Below, piece after piece: positions 47,885 through 57,993 of a stretch of 64,000 nt of DNA. This DNA is from an uncultured Patescibacteria group bacterium. GTDB lineage: Bacteria; Patescibacteriota; Patescibacteriia; UBA2591; CALHIP01. The stretch spans positions 16,404 to 80,403 of the forward strand of contig CALHIP010000026.1 of the NCBI GenBank assembly GCA_938030745.1, given 5' to 3'. Numbering within the stretch: position 1 is the first letter of the stretch; every line of letters starts with the position of its first letter. Below the pieces are notes generated by a model that ran no database searches, had not been told where the DNA came from, and saw only the letters and a program-made list of their open reading frames with translations. Both the position numbers and the translations under genes were made by a program.

Positions 47885-49633
47885 TTATCTGGTAATTTCC
47901 TGCCCTTTTCCGATCAACCAAACTTCCGGCCATGGACGATAATGGGATTTCCAAACCTCCTCTTTTTTTTCACCATTAGGATAAATAATAATTCGGCTAA
48001 ATTCTGTATCTGCTCCAGCTACTGGTTTTTCAACTAATTTTTTCTCACCAGGTTTTAATTCCTCTGTCTCAATATACCTTACTGGTCCAGGAGGAACTAA
48101 ATTAAAAATTTTTGGCTGAGAAATTTCTACTTTCCGACCATCTGATGTGCCATATAATTCGAAAATTAATTTTGTTCCTTCAATTTTAGTTTGAAGTAAA
48201 AGCCAACTTGGATAATCATTGATGAATCGAAAATCTGGTGAAGGGTTATAAATTGTTGCATCAACTCCAGCTGGTTCATAATAAATAACCCGAAAAGCAT
48301 GAGGTACTCGTTGAGTAATTGGCAAACCAGCATTAAGGGCGACTCTAAAAGCTGTTGTTCCAATTTGACAAAGTCCTCCACCCAATTCCGGAATAGTTCG
48401 ATCTCCTTTAATAACTAATTCTGGTAGATAACCTTTTGCTTCACTAATTTCGCCAAGTGCTTTAAGCAAAGAAAATTCCTCATTTGGTTTAATTAAAAGA
48501 CCATTTAAAGTTTGTGCTCCAATTTTTATATTATGAATTCTATTTTTTGGACTGCCTTTAAAATCTGATTCTCCTCGACCAACCAGTTCTTTGATTCCTA
48601 ATTGATTAATATCTTCAATAAAAAGAGAAGGTTTTTCTATATTTACTTCCAACCCTATTTCTTTCAAATTTGAAAAAATAAAATTTTTAATTTTTTCTGC
48701 ATTTTTTTCTATCTCTAATTTCCTTCCTTCTTTTGCTAATTGAAATTCAACAACCCGATTATTTTCTATTTTAAATTTTGCTTCTTGAACAGGTTGATCT
48801 ATTTCTTTAGCAACTTCTTTTAAAAAAATAATTATTTTTTCTTTATCTAAATCAAAGCTTATTTTTTTACCTTCTTTTTTAAAGCTTAACCATTCTTTCA
48901 ATTGTTTTTTGGTAATCACCCATTTTTTTTGACCATAAAATAAAGAAATTGGTGCTAAATCAATTATTTTTTCTGCTTCTGATAGAGAAATTTCAATATC
49001 TCTTTGATAAATTTCTGGATACACAGTAACCTTTTCTATTTTTATTGGCTCTAAATTAAGATCAGAAAGATTCTTTTTTAAATCATCTATTGTTTTTTGA
49101 TAATTAAAACTAAATCCCTCTTCTTCTTTAATTATTTTCCATTTTTCCGCTTCATATTTTAAAGAAGCATCTTTTGCTTTTTTCTCTAATTCTTTAAAAT
49201 TTGATTCAAGAATTTTATAGATTTCATTTTCATTTAATTCAAGAATTAATGAGATCTTTTTAACTTCTTTTAAACCGAAAGGAAATTTTTCAGAGAATAA
49301 AAGAAAAATTTTTTCAATTGTTTCTTCTGGTTTAAAATAAATAATTCTTCTAGTTAAATCAGGGTCAGTTAAAGCAATAATAACTGGATAAATAGTAATT
49401 TCTTTTTCGTCAGAAAAAATTTTAATTCCTTCTTTTTCAATTTGATTAATTTTCTCTTCTAAAAAAACTTTTAAATCTTTTTTAGAAAAACCTTTAAGGT
49501 TGTAATTTCCTAAATAAAGATTGCCTAAAATTTTATCAGCACATTTCTTTTGATAATAGATAAGAAAATAAAAAAGTAAGATAATCAAAAATAAAATAAA
49601 AAAAAGATAAATTTTTATCTTGCCATTCTTCAT
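47885..49633 (-). CDS. VanW-family protein with N-terminal TM and putative peptidoglycan-binding repeats
   Basis: NRIHNI, GGGLCQIGTT, GVDATIY and DFRFIND motifs; G5-like C-terminus. Confidence 0.88.
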   Translation of the reverse strand: MKNGKIKIYLFFILFLIILLFYFLIYYQKKCADKILGNLYLGNYNLKGFSKKDLKVFLEEKINQIEKEGIKIFSDEKEITIYPVIIALTDPDLTRRIIYFKPEETIEKIFLLFSEKFPFGLKEVKKISLILELNENEIYKILESNFKELEKKAKDASLKYEAEKWKIIKEEEGFSFNYQKTIDDLKKNLSDLNLEPIKIEKVTVYPEIYQRDIEISLSEAEKIIDLAPISLFYGQKKWVITKKQLKEWLSFKKEGKKISFDLDKEKIIIFLKEVAKEIDQPVQEAKFKIENNRVVEFQLAKEGRKLEIEKNAEKIKNFIFSNLKEIGLEVNIEKPSLFIEDINQLGIKELVGRGESDFKGSPKNRIHNIKIGAQTLNGLLIKPNEEFSLLKALGEISEAKGYLPELVIKGDRTIPELGGGLCQIGTTAFRVALNAGLPITQRVPHAFRVIYYEPAGVDATIYNPSPDFRFINDYPSWLLLQTKIEGTKLIFELYGTSDGRKVEISQPKIFNLVPPGPVRYIETEELKPGEKKLVEKPVAGADTEFSRIIIYPNGEKKEEVWKSHYRPWPEVWLIGKGQEITR

Positions 49634-50094
49634 TTTTTTATTTCTACCTTTCTTGATGTTGTTTTTTCTTCTTTCTTTGGCAAAATAATAGTTAAGATTC
49701 CATTTTTTAAACTTGCTTTAGCTTCTTCAATTTTTATTTCGCTTGGTAAAATAACTGTTCTTGAAAATCGTCCCCAAAAACATTCCTGATAAAAATAATC
49801 TTTTTCTTCTATTTCCTCTTCTTTTCTCCTTATTCCTTTAATTGTTAAAATATCTTTATCAATAATTATTTCTAAATCTTGAGGAGAGACGCCAGCTAAT
49901 GCTGATTTGACAATAATATTATTTTTTTTGTCTTGATAAATATCCAAAGAAAGCTTTCCTTCGGAAGTTTCTGGAAACCAAAATTCTTTTTTCTTTTCTA
50001 TCGGCGTCTCTTCTTTCTTTATTTCTTTACCTGTTTTTTTTAAATCTGCCTCAGATAATCTTGTAATTTTGCTCCAAAAAGATTGTTTTGCCAT
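49630..50094 (-). CDS. Hsp20/alpha-crystallin small heat-shock protein
   Basis: LAGV, LTIKGIR, ECFWGRFSR and ASLKNGILTIILPK motifs. Confidence 0.92.
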   Translation of the reverse strand: MAKQSFWSKITRLSEADLKKTGKEIKKEETPIEKKKEFWFPETSEGKLSLDIYQDKKNNIIVKSALAGVSPQDLEIIIDKDILTIKGIRRKEEEIEEKDYFYQECFWGRFSRTVILPSEIKIEEAKASLKNGILTIILPKKEEKTTSRKVEIKK

Positions 50095-50100
50095 AATTTT

Positions 50101-50550
50101 CTAAGATTTTGGCGGAGATTTTAATATCTTTTTAAGAGAAGTAATAAAATTTAATAAGTTAGCTAAAAAAATAATAATTAATGATGCTAAAGCAAGAAAA
50201 AGAGCTAAAAGGTAAAATCCAAAACCAATAATTAAGCCAACTAAACAGATAAGTAAAATGATAAAAAGAGAATTAAGCGCCTCTTTTATTTCTTCTTTTT
50301 TGATTATAGTTTGGCCAATAAAAAAAATTCCTAAAATTAAAGTAGCTGGTAAAATAGTCAGATCAATTTTCGAGTAAAGACTAGAAAAGATTTTTAATAA
50401 AAATAAACTAACACCAGTACTAAATAAAGAGACCAAGAAATAGACCTCTGGTTTTAAAATTTTTTCTTTATTTTTTCTAAACCAATAAATAAATAAAGCA
50501 AAAATTAAAGATAAAGTTAAACGAAAAATAATTTGAATGAGTTTAGGCAT
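50101..50550 (-). CDS. Divergent MgtC/SapB-like membrane protein
   Basis: TM pattern RLTLSLIFA...LVSLFS...LGIFFIG...GLIIGFGFYLLA parallels MgtC; ATG 50550 preferred. Confidence 0.5.
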   Translation of the reverse strand: MPKLIQIIFRLTLSLIFALFIYWFRKNKEKILKPEVYFLVSLFSTGVSLFLLKIFSSLYSKIDLTILPATLILGIFFIGQTIIKKEEIKEALNSLFIILLICLVGLIIGFGFYLLALFLALASLIIIFLANLLNFITSLKKILKSPPKS

Positions 50551-50554
50551 ATTT

Positions 50555-51304
50555 TTATTTTTCAATAATAAGCCCCCTTTTTTCTCCTTCTAAAATATCC
50601 TTTCCTTTACCTGGCCAGTCATGAATAGCTTGATAAATTATTTCTGAAGGATAAGAAAATTTTTCACCCCTTTTTGTTCCTGGATCATTAGTAATAATTT
50701 TATCTTTGCTATAACCACGAATAACTAGCATATGATAATAAGGGCCTGGTCGACGATAATAGGGATTATTAAGTAATCGGCCAGCTACTGGCACAATTAT
50801 CGGATTACCATTTGAAAGTTCTTTTTTGATTTTCTCAATTGTTATTTTATCTAAAATTCTAATTTTTTGCCAATGGTAATATTTTTCTGCTAATTCTTTT
50901 AATTCTTCTAAAGTTAAATCTTTATGTTTACCCCAATTTTTTATTTGCCAAGCAACCAGATCTTGAATTTCTTTTTCAGCAATTTGTTTATTTAATTTTT
51001 TTCCATTTAGAAAATAATTAACCATAATTAAAGCTGCTTCTTCACAAGCATTGTTGTGTAAACTGTCCCAAATTGCATAAGGAGCTTGTGGGGTGAAAGG
51101 AACTGGTAAATCAATTTTTTCTGGTAAATTTTGATTTTCCGATTTTTCAACTTCAGTTTTTGTAATAGCACTCTTTTCTTCTTTTCTAACCGAAAGATTT
51201 AAGAAAAAAAGAGAACTAAAAAGTTGATAACCTACCATTACTAAAAGGGTAAAAATAGTTAATAAAGTAAAAAATTTTTTTATTTTCTCTTCCTTTAATT
51301 TCAT
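50555..51304 (-). CDS. Membrane-anchored C39-like peptidase
   Basis: VPFTPQAP, ACEEA (Cys), YHMLVIRGY (His) and TNDPG (Asp) motifs. Confidence 0.85.
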   Translation of the reverse strand: MKLKEEKIKKFFTLLTIFTLLVMVGYQLFSSLFFLNLSVRKEEKSAITKTEVEKSENQNLPEKIDLPVPFTPQAPYAIWDSLHNNACEEAALIMVNYFLNGKKLNKQIAEKEIQDLVAWQIKNWGKHKDLTLEELKELAEKYYHWQKIRILDKITIEKIKKELSNGNPIIVPVAGRLLNNPYYRRPGPYYHMLVIRGYSKDKIITNDPGTKRGEKFSYPSEIIYQAIHDWPGKGKDILEGEKRGLIIEK

Positions 51305-52938
51305 CTTTTAATTGCTATTTTAATAAATTCTTTAAACAAAGGATGAGGAGAAAGTGGTCTTGATTTAAATTCTGGATGAAACTGAGTTGCTAAAAAGAAA
51401 GGATGATTTTTTAATTCAATAATCTCAATTAAGTTTGATTCTGGATTAATTCCAGAAAAAACTAGACCCTTTTTCTCTAAAATTTCTTTAAATTGATTAT
51501 TAACTTCATAACGATGGCGATGTCTTTCAAAGACAATTGGTTCTTTTACTTTTTTATTATTAAAGTAGGCTCGATAAGCCAAAGTTTTTTCTTTTATCAA
51601 ACATGGATAAGCACCCAATCTCATACTTCCACCATAATGAGCCTTTTGAATCTTTTTTAACTGTTCTGGCATTAAATCAACAACTGGATATTTAGTTTTA
51701 GGATTAATTTCTGTAGAGTGAGCACCTTTAAGATTAGCAACATTTCTAGCAAATTCGACTACTGCTAATTGAAGACCAAAACAAAGACCTAAAAATGGAA
51801 TTTTATTTCTTCGTGCATAAGAAATTGCTCTAATTTTTCCTTCTGTTCCTCGCGAACCAAAACCACCTGGAACAATTAAGCCATTAAAATTTTTTAATTC
51901 TTTTAAAGATTTGGGATCTTTTTCATATTTTTCTGATTCGATCCAAGAAATTATTGGTTTTCTTTCGAAAAACCAGGAAGCATGTTTTATCGCTTCAATC
52001 ACCGAAAGATAAGAATCAGTTAAAGTAAATTCACCAGTCATAAAATATTTACCAACAATACCAATTTTTACCTCCTTTTTTACCGTTTTAATTGTTTTGA
52101 CTAATCTTCCCCAATCTTTCAAATTTTTCTTTTTTATTCGTAGGTTAAATTTTTTAAGAATTTTTTTACCAAGGCCCTCCTTTTCAAAATTTAAAGGAAT
52201 CTCATAAATCGAATCAACATCTGGTGCTGAAATTACATCTTCTTCTTTAACATTACAAAAAACAGAAATTTTTCTTTTCCGAATTTGATCTAAAGGAGTT
52301 TTAGCTCGACATAAAATAAAATCTGGTTGAATTCCTACTTCATTTAAAAGCCGAGAGGCTTGTTGGGTTGGTTTAGTTTTCATTTCACCCAATTTTTCAG
52401 GAATTGGTAAATAAGAAACTAAAATAAAAAGGACATTTTTAGGATTTTCCAAGTGCATCATCCTCGCTGCTTCTAAATATAAAACATTTTGATATTCTCC
52501 AACTGTTCCACCAATTTCAACTAAGATAAAATCAGCTTTTGTTTTTTGACTTACCCTTTTTATTCTTCTTATCACTTCTTCAGAAATATGGGGAATTGCT
52601 TCAACACATTTTCCCTTATATTCTAATCTCCTTTCCCTATTAATCACTGCTTGATAAACCCGGCCAGTAGTCATATAGTTATCAGAATAGATATTTTCAT
52701 CAAGAAATCTCTCATAAATACCAATGTCTTGATCAGTTTCATCACCATCTTCGGTAACAAAAACTTCACCATGTTCAGTAGGATTCATTGTCCCAGCATC
52801 GACATTGATATAAGGATCAATCTTAATAGCTGTTGTTTTATAACCATAAGATTTCAAGATTCTGCCGATTGAAGCAGTAGCTGTTCCTTTACCAACGCCA
52901 GATAAAACACCACCGATGATAAAAATATAACGAGTCAT
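51301..52938 (-). CDS. pyrG: CTP synthase
   Basis: GGVLSGVGKG, KIDPYINVDAGTM, GLCFGLQ, ERHRHRYE and QFHPEF motifs. Confidence 0.97.
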   Translation of the reverse strand: MTRYIFIIGGVLSGVGKGTATASIGRILKSYGYKTTAIKIDPYINVDAGTMNPTEHGEVFVTEDGDETDQDIGIYERFLDENIYSDNYMTTGRVYQAVINRERRLEYKGKCVEAIPHISEEVIRRIKRVSQKTKADFILVEIGGTVGEYQNVLYLEAARMMHLENPKNVLFILVSYLPIPEKLGEMKTKPTQQASRLLNEVGIQPDFILCRAKTPLDQIRKRKISVFCNVKEEDVISAPDVDSIYEIPLNFEKEGLGKKILKKFNLRIKKKNLKDWGRLVKTIKTVKKEVKIGIVGKYFMTGEFTLTDSYLSVIEAIKHASWFFERKPIISWIESEKYEKDPKSLKELKNFNGLIVPGGFGSRGTEGKIRAISYARRNKIPFLGLCFGLQLAVVEFARNVANLKGAHSTEINPKTKYPVVDLMPEQLKKIQKAHYGGSMRLGAYPCLIKEKTLAYRAYFNNKKVKEPIVFERHRHRYEVNNQFKEILEKKGLVFSGINPESNLIEIIELKNHPFFLATQFHPEFKSRPLSPHPLFKEFIKIAIKR

Positions 52939-52943
52939 AAAAT

Positions 52944-53531
52944 TTATTTTTTAGAGACAAAAAGATTTCCTTTAATATAAAATCTCCATTTTTTATTTGC
53001 CCAATATTTACCAGCATAATCAATTCCAATTCTTGGTCGAGCAACAATTTCTGATTTTTTTATTTTTATTCCCCTATCTTCTATCCAAATTCTTTTACTT
53101 TTTGTCAAATCTTCTCCATAAAAAGATTTATCAAGTTTTAAATAACGACATAATTTACCTGGTCCGGAAGTTAATTTTTTATTTTTTGATTTTTGATTTT
53201 CTTCTATTATAACTGGCTCAAGAGCTCGAATCAAGACACAGCGCGGCAACCCCCTTTTTTCTGTTGAGATATTTAATTGCCAATACATCCCATAGACCAA
53301 ATAAATATAAACATGGCCACCAATTAAATATTCAGCCCTATTTCTTTTTGTTCTTTTCATTTTATAACCATGCGAGGCTTTATCTTGTGGTCCAATATAA
53401 GCTTCAGTTTCAACAATTTTACCTGCTAAAATTTTATTTTTATATTTCCTAACCAAAAATTTTCCTAATAAATCTTTGGCTACTTCCAATGTCGGTCTAA
53501 CAAAAAATTTCCTTGTTAATCTTTTTATCAT
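52944..53531 (-). CDS. mpg: 3-methyladenine DNA glycosylase (AAG/MPG)
   Basis: IVETEAY, YLVYGM, VLIRALEP, SGPGKLC and PRIGI motifs. Confidence 0.93.
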   Translation of the reverse strand: MIKRLTRKFFVRPTLEVAKDLLGKFLVRKYKNKILAGKIVETEAYIGPQDKASHGYKMKRTKRNRAEYLIGGHVYIYLVYGMYWQLNISTEKRGLPRCVLIRALEPVIIEENQKSKNKKLTSGPGKLCRYLKLDKSFYGEDLTKSKRIWIEDRGIKIKKSEIVARPRIGIDYAGKYWANKKWRFYIKGNLFVSKK

Positions 53532-53575
53532 TTTTAAGATTTTAGATCAATCTTTATTTTTTGGCAAATAAAAAA

Positions 53576-53649
53576 TGGGCTCGGCCCGACTCGAACGGGC
53601 GACCTTTACGATGTCAACGTAACGCTCTAACCAACTGAGCTACGAGCCC
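53576..53649 (-). tRNA. tRNA-Val (anticodon GAC)
   Basis: Reverse complement GGGCTCGTAGCTCAGTTGGTTAGAGCGTTACGTTGACATCGTAAAGGTCGCCCGTTCGAGTCGGGCCGAGCCCA folds as a cloverleaf; CCA is not encoded. Confidence 0.95.
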
Positions 53650-53662
53650 ACTATTTATTATA

Positions 53663-53713
53663 ATTATAACAAATTATTTCAAATTTGACAATCCTTCCTA
53701 AAAAGGTTAAATT
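53663..53713. promoter_or_regulatory. Divergent promoters for tRNA-Val and guaB with overlapping -35 elements
   Basis: Plus: TTGACA(53685)-17-TAAATT. Minus: TTGTCA-17-TATAAT. Confidence 0.65.
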
Positions 53714-53736
53714 ATTCATTAGGTAGATCTTAAAAA

Positions 53737-55230
53737 ATGGCGAAATTACATTCTGATTTAAAAAATAAAGAATTTTGGTATAAAGATATTACTTTAATTC
53801 CTAACCGTTTGCCTGATTTTGAAAGAGATGAAGTTGATTTAACTACCAATTTTACAAAAAAAATTGTTTTGAAAACTCCTCTCGTTTCTTCACCAATGGA
53901 TACAGTGACTGAAGCTGAAATGGCAATTTTAATGGCCTTACATGGCGGAATTGGAGTAATTCATTATAATTTTCCAACAATTGATCAACAGATTAAGGAA
54001 GTTGAAAAAGTTAAAAGATTTCAGGCTGGCTTTGTTTTCAATCCAGTTGTTTTATCTCCAGAAAATAAAATTAAAGATGTTTACGATATTAACGAGAAAT
54101 ATGGTTTCTTTAGTGTTCCAATTACTGAAGATGGAACTTTAAATACAAAATTAATTGGAATTGTTACTCACCGCGATGTTAGATATAGAAAAGATATAGA
54201 GACAAAATTAAGAGAAGTTATGACACCAAAGGAAAGATTAATTGTTGCTAAAAAGTCAGAGACGATTGACAAAAAAGATATTTTAGCAGCAGAAAAAATT
54301 CTAAGAAAACATAATTTAGATACCCTACCAATAATTGATGAAGAGGAAAAAATTATTGCTTTAGTTACTGATTCTGATATTAGAAAAATTGAAAAATATC
54401 CTTTGTCAACAAGAAACGAGAATCATCAATTAAGAGTTTTTATTGCTGTTGAGTCAAGATTAGTTTTGGCTAAAGAAAGGATTAAAAAGGCGATTGAGTT
54501 TGATGTTGATGGAATTGTTATTGATGCTAGTGTTGTCTTTAAAGAACAATTGGAAATTGCTAAATGGGCAAAGAAAAATTTTCCAAAATTGGAAGTAGTA
54601 GTGGGAAATGTTGATTCAGCTCAAATGGTTGAAAAAATTTTAAAAGAAGCAGCAAATTTTGTTGATGCTTTAAGAGTTGGAATTGGGCCTGGCAGTGCTT
54701 GCATTACTCAGCAAAGATTAGGAACTGGTCGAGCTCAAGCTTCAGCAGTTTGGGAATGTGCTCAGACAGTTAAAAAATTGGAATCAAAATATGGTTTTAT
54801 CCCAATTATTGCTGATGGCGGAATAAAAGTTCCTGATTCTGAAGAAATAAATGAGCCAGGAGATATCACTAAAGCTTTAGCTTTAGGAGCTCAGACAGTA
54901 ATGATGGGGTTTCTTTTGGCTGGTTTAGATGAATCTCCTGGTGAAAAGGAATTTGACTATCAAGAAAATAAAATGGTTAAAAAATATCGAGGTATGGGCT
55001 CATTAGAAGCGATGGAACAGAGATCAGCAGTAAGATACGCTGTTGATAAAACAAAAATTAAAATTGCTGAAGGAATAGTTATTAAAGTTCCTTATCGTGG
55101 CTCAGGCTATGATTTTTTGCCAAAATTAATTGCTGGAATAAAACAAAGTTTTCAAAAACAAGGATTTAAAAATATTAAAGAGCTTCAAGAAGAAGCTGAT
55201 ATTAGACCTTTATTTTATGAAAAAAAATAA
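53737..55230 (+). CDS. guaB: IMP dehydrogenase with CBS pair
   Basis: SSPMDTVTE, GIGPGSAC (catalytic Cys), IADGGI, YRGMGS and AEG motifs. Confidence 0.93.
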   Translation: MAKLHSDLKNKEFWYKDITLIPNRLPDFERDEVDLTTNFTKKIVLKTPLVSSPMDTVTEAEMAILMALHGGIGVIHYNFPTIDQQIKEVEKVKRFQAGFVFNPVVLSPENKIKDVYDINEKYGFFSVPITEDGTLNTKLIGIVTHRDVRYRKDIETKLREVMTPKERLIVAKKSETIDKKDILAAEKILRKHNLDTLPIIDEEEKIIALVTDSDIRKIEKYPLSTRNENHQLRVFIAVESRLVLAKERIKKAIEFDVDGIVIDASVVFKEQLEIAKWAKKNFPKLEVVVGNVDSAQMVEKILKEAANFVDALRVGIGPGSACITQQRLGTGRAQASAVWECAQTVKKLESKYGFIPIIADGGIKVPDSEEINEPGDITKALALGAQTVMMGFLLAGLDESPGEKEFDYQENKMVKKYRGMGSLEAMEQRSAVRYAVDKTKIKIAEGIVIKVPYRGSGYDFLPKLIAGIKQSFQKQGFKNIKELQEEADIRPLFYEKK

Positions 55231-56404
55231 AAGAAAAATTTATTTTGATTATGCTGCTACTACTCCTGTTGATCCAAGAGTGGTGAAAGTAATGCTTCCT
55301 TATTTTTCAAAAAAATTTGGTAATACAATGTCTTTACATTCTTTTGGTCAGGAAGTAAAGGAGATTTTAGAAGAAAGTAGAGAAAAAGTGGCAAGTTTGA
55401 TAGGAGCAAAGCCAAACGAAATTATCTTTACTTCTTCAGCAACTGAGAGTAATAATCTGGCTTTAAAGGGAATTGCTTTTGCCAATAAAAATCGAGGGAA
55501 TCACATTATCATTTCTTCGATTGAACATCCTTGCGTTATGGAAAGTGCAAAATGGTTAGAAAGTCAAGGGTTTGAAATCACAAGATTAAAAGTTGATAAA
55601 TATGGTTTAGTTAATCCAGAAGATGTTAAAAAAGCAATCAAAAAAGAGACAATTTTAGTTTCGATAATGCATGCTAATAATGAAATTGGAACAATAGAAC
55701 CTATTGAAGAAATTGGAAAGATAATAAAATCAGAAATCAGAAATCAAAATTCAAAAATTTATTTTCACACTGATGCTGCCCAAACTCTAGGGAAAATTCC
55801 AGTAGATGTAAATAAATTAGGGGTTGATTTACTCACTGGTTCTTCTCATAAAATATATGGTCCAAAAGGAGCAGCTTGTCTTTATATTAGAGAAGGCACG
55901 AAAATTACTCCTTTACTTCATGGCGGAGGCCATGAAATGGGTTTAAGGTCTTCTACTGTTAATGTTCCAGCTATTGTTGGTTTTGCCGAAGCTTTAGAAA
56001 TTGCTAAAAAAGAAATGAAAAAAGAAAATGAAAGACTTTCCAAACTAAGGGAAAAATTAGAAAAAGGGATTTTAAAAAAGATTAAAAATGCTCATTTGGT
56101 TGGTCATCCTCAAAAAAGACTTCCGAATATTGCCAATTTTTGGTTTGAAGGAGTAGAAGGAGAATCAGTTGTGATTGAATTGGATCTTTTAGGAATTGCT
56201 GTTTCAACCGGCTCTGCCTGCTCTTCTGAAAAATTAGAGGCAAGCCATGTCTTATTAGCAACTGGCCTTAAACCTCATCAAGCCCATAGTTCTTTAAGAC
56301 TGAGTTTAGGAAGATGGACAAAAGAAAAAGATATAGATTATGTTTTAAAGGTTTTACCAAAAGTAATTAAAAGATTAAGATTAATTTCACCAACTTTTAA
56401 ATAA
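55217..56404 (+). CDS. iscS: Cysteine desulfurase (IscS/NifS type)
   Basis: YFDYAATTP, HTDAAQ, SSHKIYGPKG and STGSACSS motifs. Confidence 0.94.
   Translation: MKKNKRKIYFDYAATTPVDPRVVKVMLPYFSKKFGNTMSLHSFGQEVKEILEESREKVASLIGAKPNEIIFTSSATESNNLALKGIAFANKNRGNHIIISSIEHPCVMESAKWLESQGFEITRLKVDKYGLVNPEDVKKAIKKETILVSIMHANNEIGTIEPIEEIGKIIKSEIRNQNSKIYFHTDAAQTLGKIPVDVNKLGVDLLTGSSHKIYGPKGAACLYIREGTKITPLLHGGGHEMGLRSSTVNVPAIVGFAEALEIAKKEMKKENERLSKLREKLEKGILKKIKNAHLVGHPQKRLPNIANFWFEGVEGESVVIELDLLGIAVSTGSACSSEKLEASHVLLATGLKPHQAHSSLRLSLGRWTKEKDIDYVLKVLPKVIKRLRLISPTFK
55727..55761 (+). repeat. Heptamer tandem repeat inside iscS
   Basis: AAATCAG AAATCAG AAATCAA AATTCAA AAATTTA. Confidence 0.7.
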
Positions 56405-56405
56405 A

Positions 56406-56909
56406 ATGCCAATTTATTCAAAAAAAATTATTCAACATTTTAAAAGGCCGAAAAATGTTGGAAAGATTAAAAATCCGAACGGGACAGGAGAAGCTGGAAA
56501 TTTACTTTGTGGTGATTTAATGAAACTTTATTTAAAAATTGGAAAGAATAAAAAGAATGAAGAATTCATTAAAGATATAAAATTTGAAACTTTGGGTTGT
56601 GCTGTAGCTGTGGCAAATACAAGTTTACTAACGACCTTAGTCAAAGGAAAGACAATAAAAGAAGCGCTAGAAATAAAAAAAGAAGATCTAATAGAAAAAT
56701 TAGGCAAACCCCTCCCTCCTTTTAAAATTCACTGTTCCATTTTAGCTGTCGATGCTTTAAAAGAGGCAATTTATGATTATTATAAAAGAAGTGGTAAAAA
56801 AATCCCTCCTGAATTAGAAATAGAGCATCAAAGGATAACTAGAATAAAAAATCAGGCAGAAGGAAGGTATAAAGAATTTAGAAAACTAGAAGAAGAAGTT
56901 TTAAAATAG
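56406..56909 (+). CDS. iscU: Fe-S scaffold protein (IscU/NifU-like)
   Basis: CGD, GC and KIHCS cluster ligands. Confidence 0.92.
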   Translation: MPIYSKKIIQHFKRPKNVGKIKNPNGTGEAGNLLCGDLMKLYLKIGKNKKNEEFIKDIKFETLGCAVAVANTSLLTTLVKGKTIKEALEIKKEDLIEKLGKPLPPFKIHCSILAVDALKEAIYDYYKRSGKKIPPELEIEHQRITRIKNQAEGRYKEFRKLEEEVLK

Positions 56910-56910
56910 T

Positions 56911-57990
56911 ATGGCTAAAAAAGTAATTTGCGCCCTCTCAGGCGGATTGGATTCTTCGGTAGCTGCCAGTCTTTTAAAAAAGGCTGGTTTTGATGTTATT
57001 GGAGTTTTTATGAAGTTTTGGTCAGAGCCTGAGAAAAATGGGTTGGTCGGAGCTTCAAACAGATGTTGTTCTTTAGAGGCAGAAATTAGAGCAAGAAAAA
57101 TAGCAAAAATTTTAAAAATTCCTTTTTATGTTTTCGATTTTTCTAAAGAATTTAAAAAGAAAATCGTTGATTATTTTTTGAAAAACTACCAGAAAGGAAT
57201 TACTCCAAATCCTTGTGTTGTTTGTAACAAAGAAATAAAATTTGGATTGTTATTAAAAAAGGCCTTAGCTTTAGGCGCTGATTTTGTCGCTACCGGTCAT
57301 TATGCTAAGATAAAAATCAAAAATCAAAGATCAAAAATTAAAACTTACCATTTAATAAGGGCAAAGGATAAGAATAAAGATCAATCGTATTTTTTATGGA
57401 TGCTGAATCAAGAAAAGTTAAAAAGAATTTTGTTTCCTATTGGAGATTTTACTCGAAATGAGGTTGAAAATTTAGCGAAAAAATTTAAGTTGCCAGTTTT
57501 AAAATTAAAAAAATCAGTTGAAATCTGTTTTATCCAAACGACAATAAATGATTTTTTAAAAAAATATTTAAAAGAAAAAATAGGAAAGATTGTTAATTCA
57601 GAAGGAGAAATTTTAGGAGAACATCGAGGGCTTTGGTTTTATACTCTTGGTCAAAGAAAAGGAATTCCTCTTTCTGGCGGACCGTATTATGTTTTAGATA
57701 AAAATCTAAAGAGAAATCTTTTGATTGTCACTAAAAAAGAAAAAGATTTATACAAAAAAGAATTAATTGCCAAAAATGTTAATTGGATTTCTGGAAGTCA
57801 ACCAAAATTGCCAATAAAAATAAAAGCGAAAATTCGTTATCGACAAAATTTAGCTTCAGCAACGATTTTCAAATTAAATTTTAAAAGTTATAAATTAAAG
57901 TTTGATAAACCTCAAAGAGCTATTACTCCTGGTCAATCAGTGGTTTTTTATAAAGGTGAAGAAGTTTTAGGAGGAGGAATAATCTCATAA
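56911..57990 (+). CDS. mnmA: tRNA 2-thiouridylase MnmA
   Basis: SGGLDS, TPNPCVVCN, ATGHY, KDQSY, EICF and TPGQ motifs. Confidence 0.96.
   Translation: MAKKVICALSGGLDSSVAASLLKKAGFDVIGVFMKFWSEPEKNGLVGASNRCCSLEAEIRARKIAKILKIPFYVFDFSKEFKKKIVDYFLKNYQKGITPNPCVVCNKEIKFGLLLKKALALGADFVATGHYAKIKIKNQRSKIKTYHLIRAKDKNKDQSYFLWMLNQEKLKRILFPIGDFTRNEVENLAKKFKLPVLKLKKSVEICFIQTTINDFLKKYLKEKIGKIVNSEGEILGEHRGLWFYTLGQRKGIPLSGGPYYVLDKNLKRNLLIVTKKEKDLYKKELIAKNVNWISGSQPKLPIKIKAKIRYRQNLASATIFKLNFKSYKLKFDKPQRAITPGQSVVFYKGEEVLGGGIIS
57307..57341 (+). repeat. Heptamer tandem repeat inside mnmA
   Basis: AAGATAA AAATCAA AAATCAA AGATCAA AAATTAA. Confidence 0.7.
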
Positions 57991-57993
57991 ATT

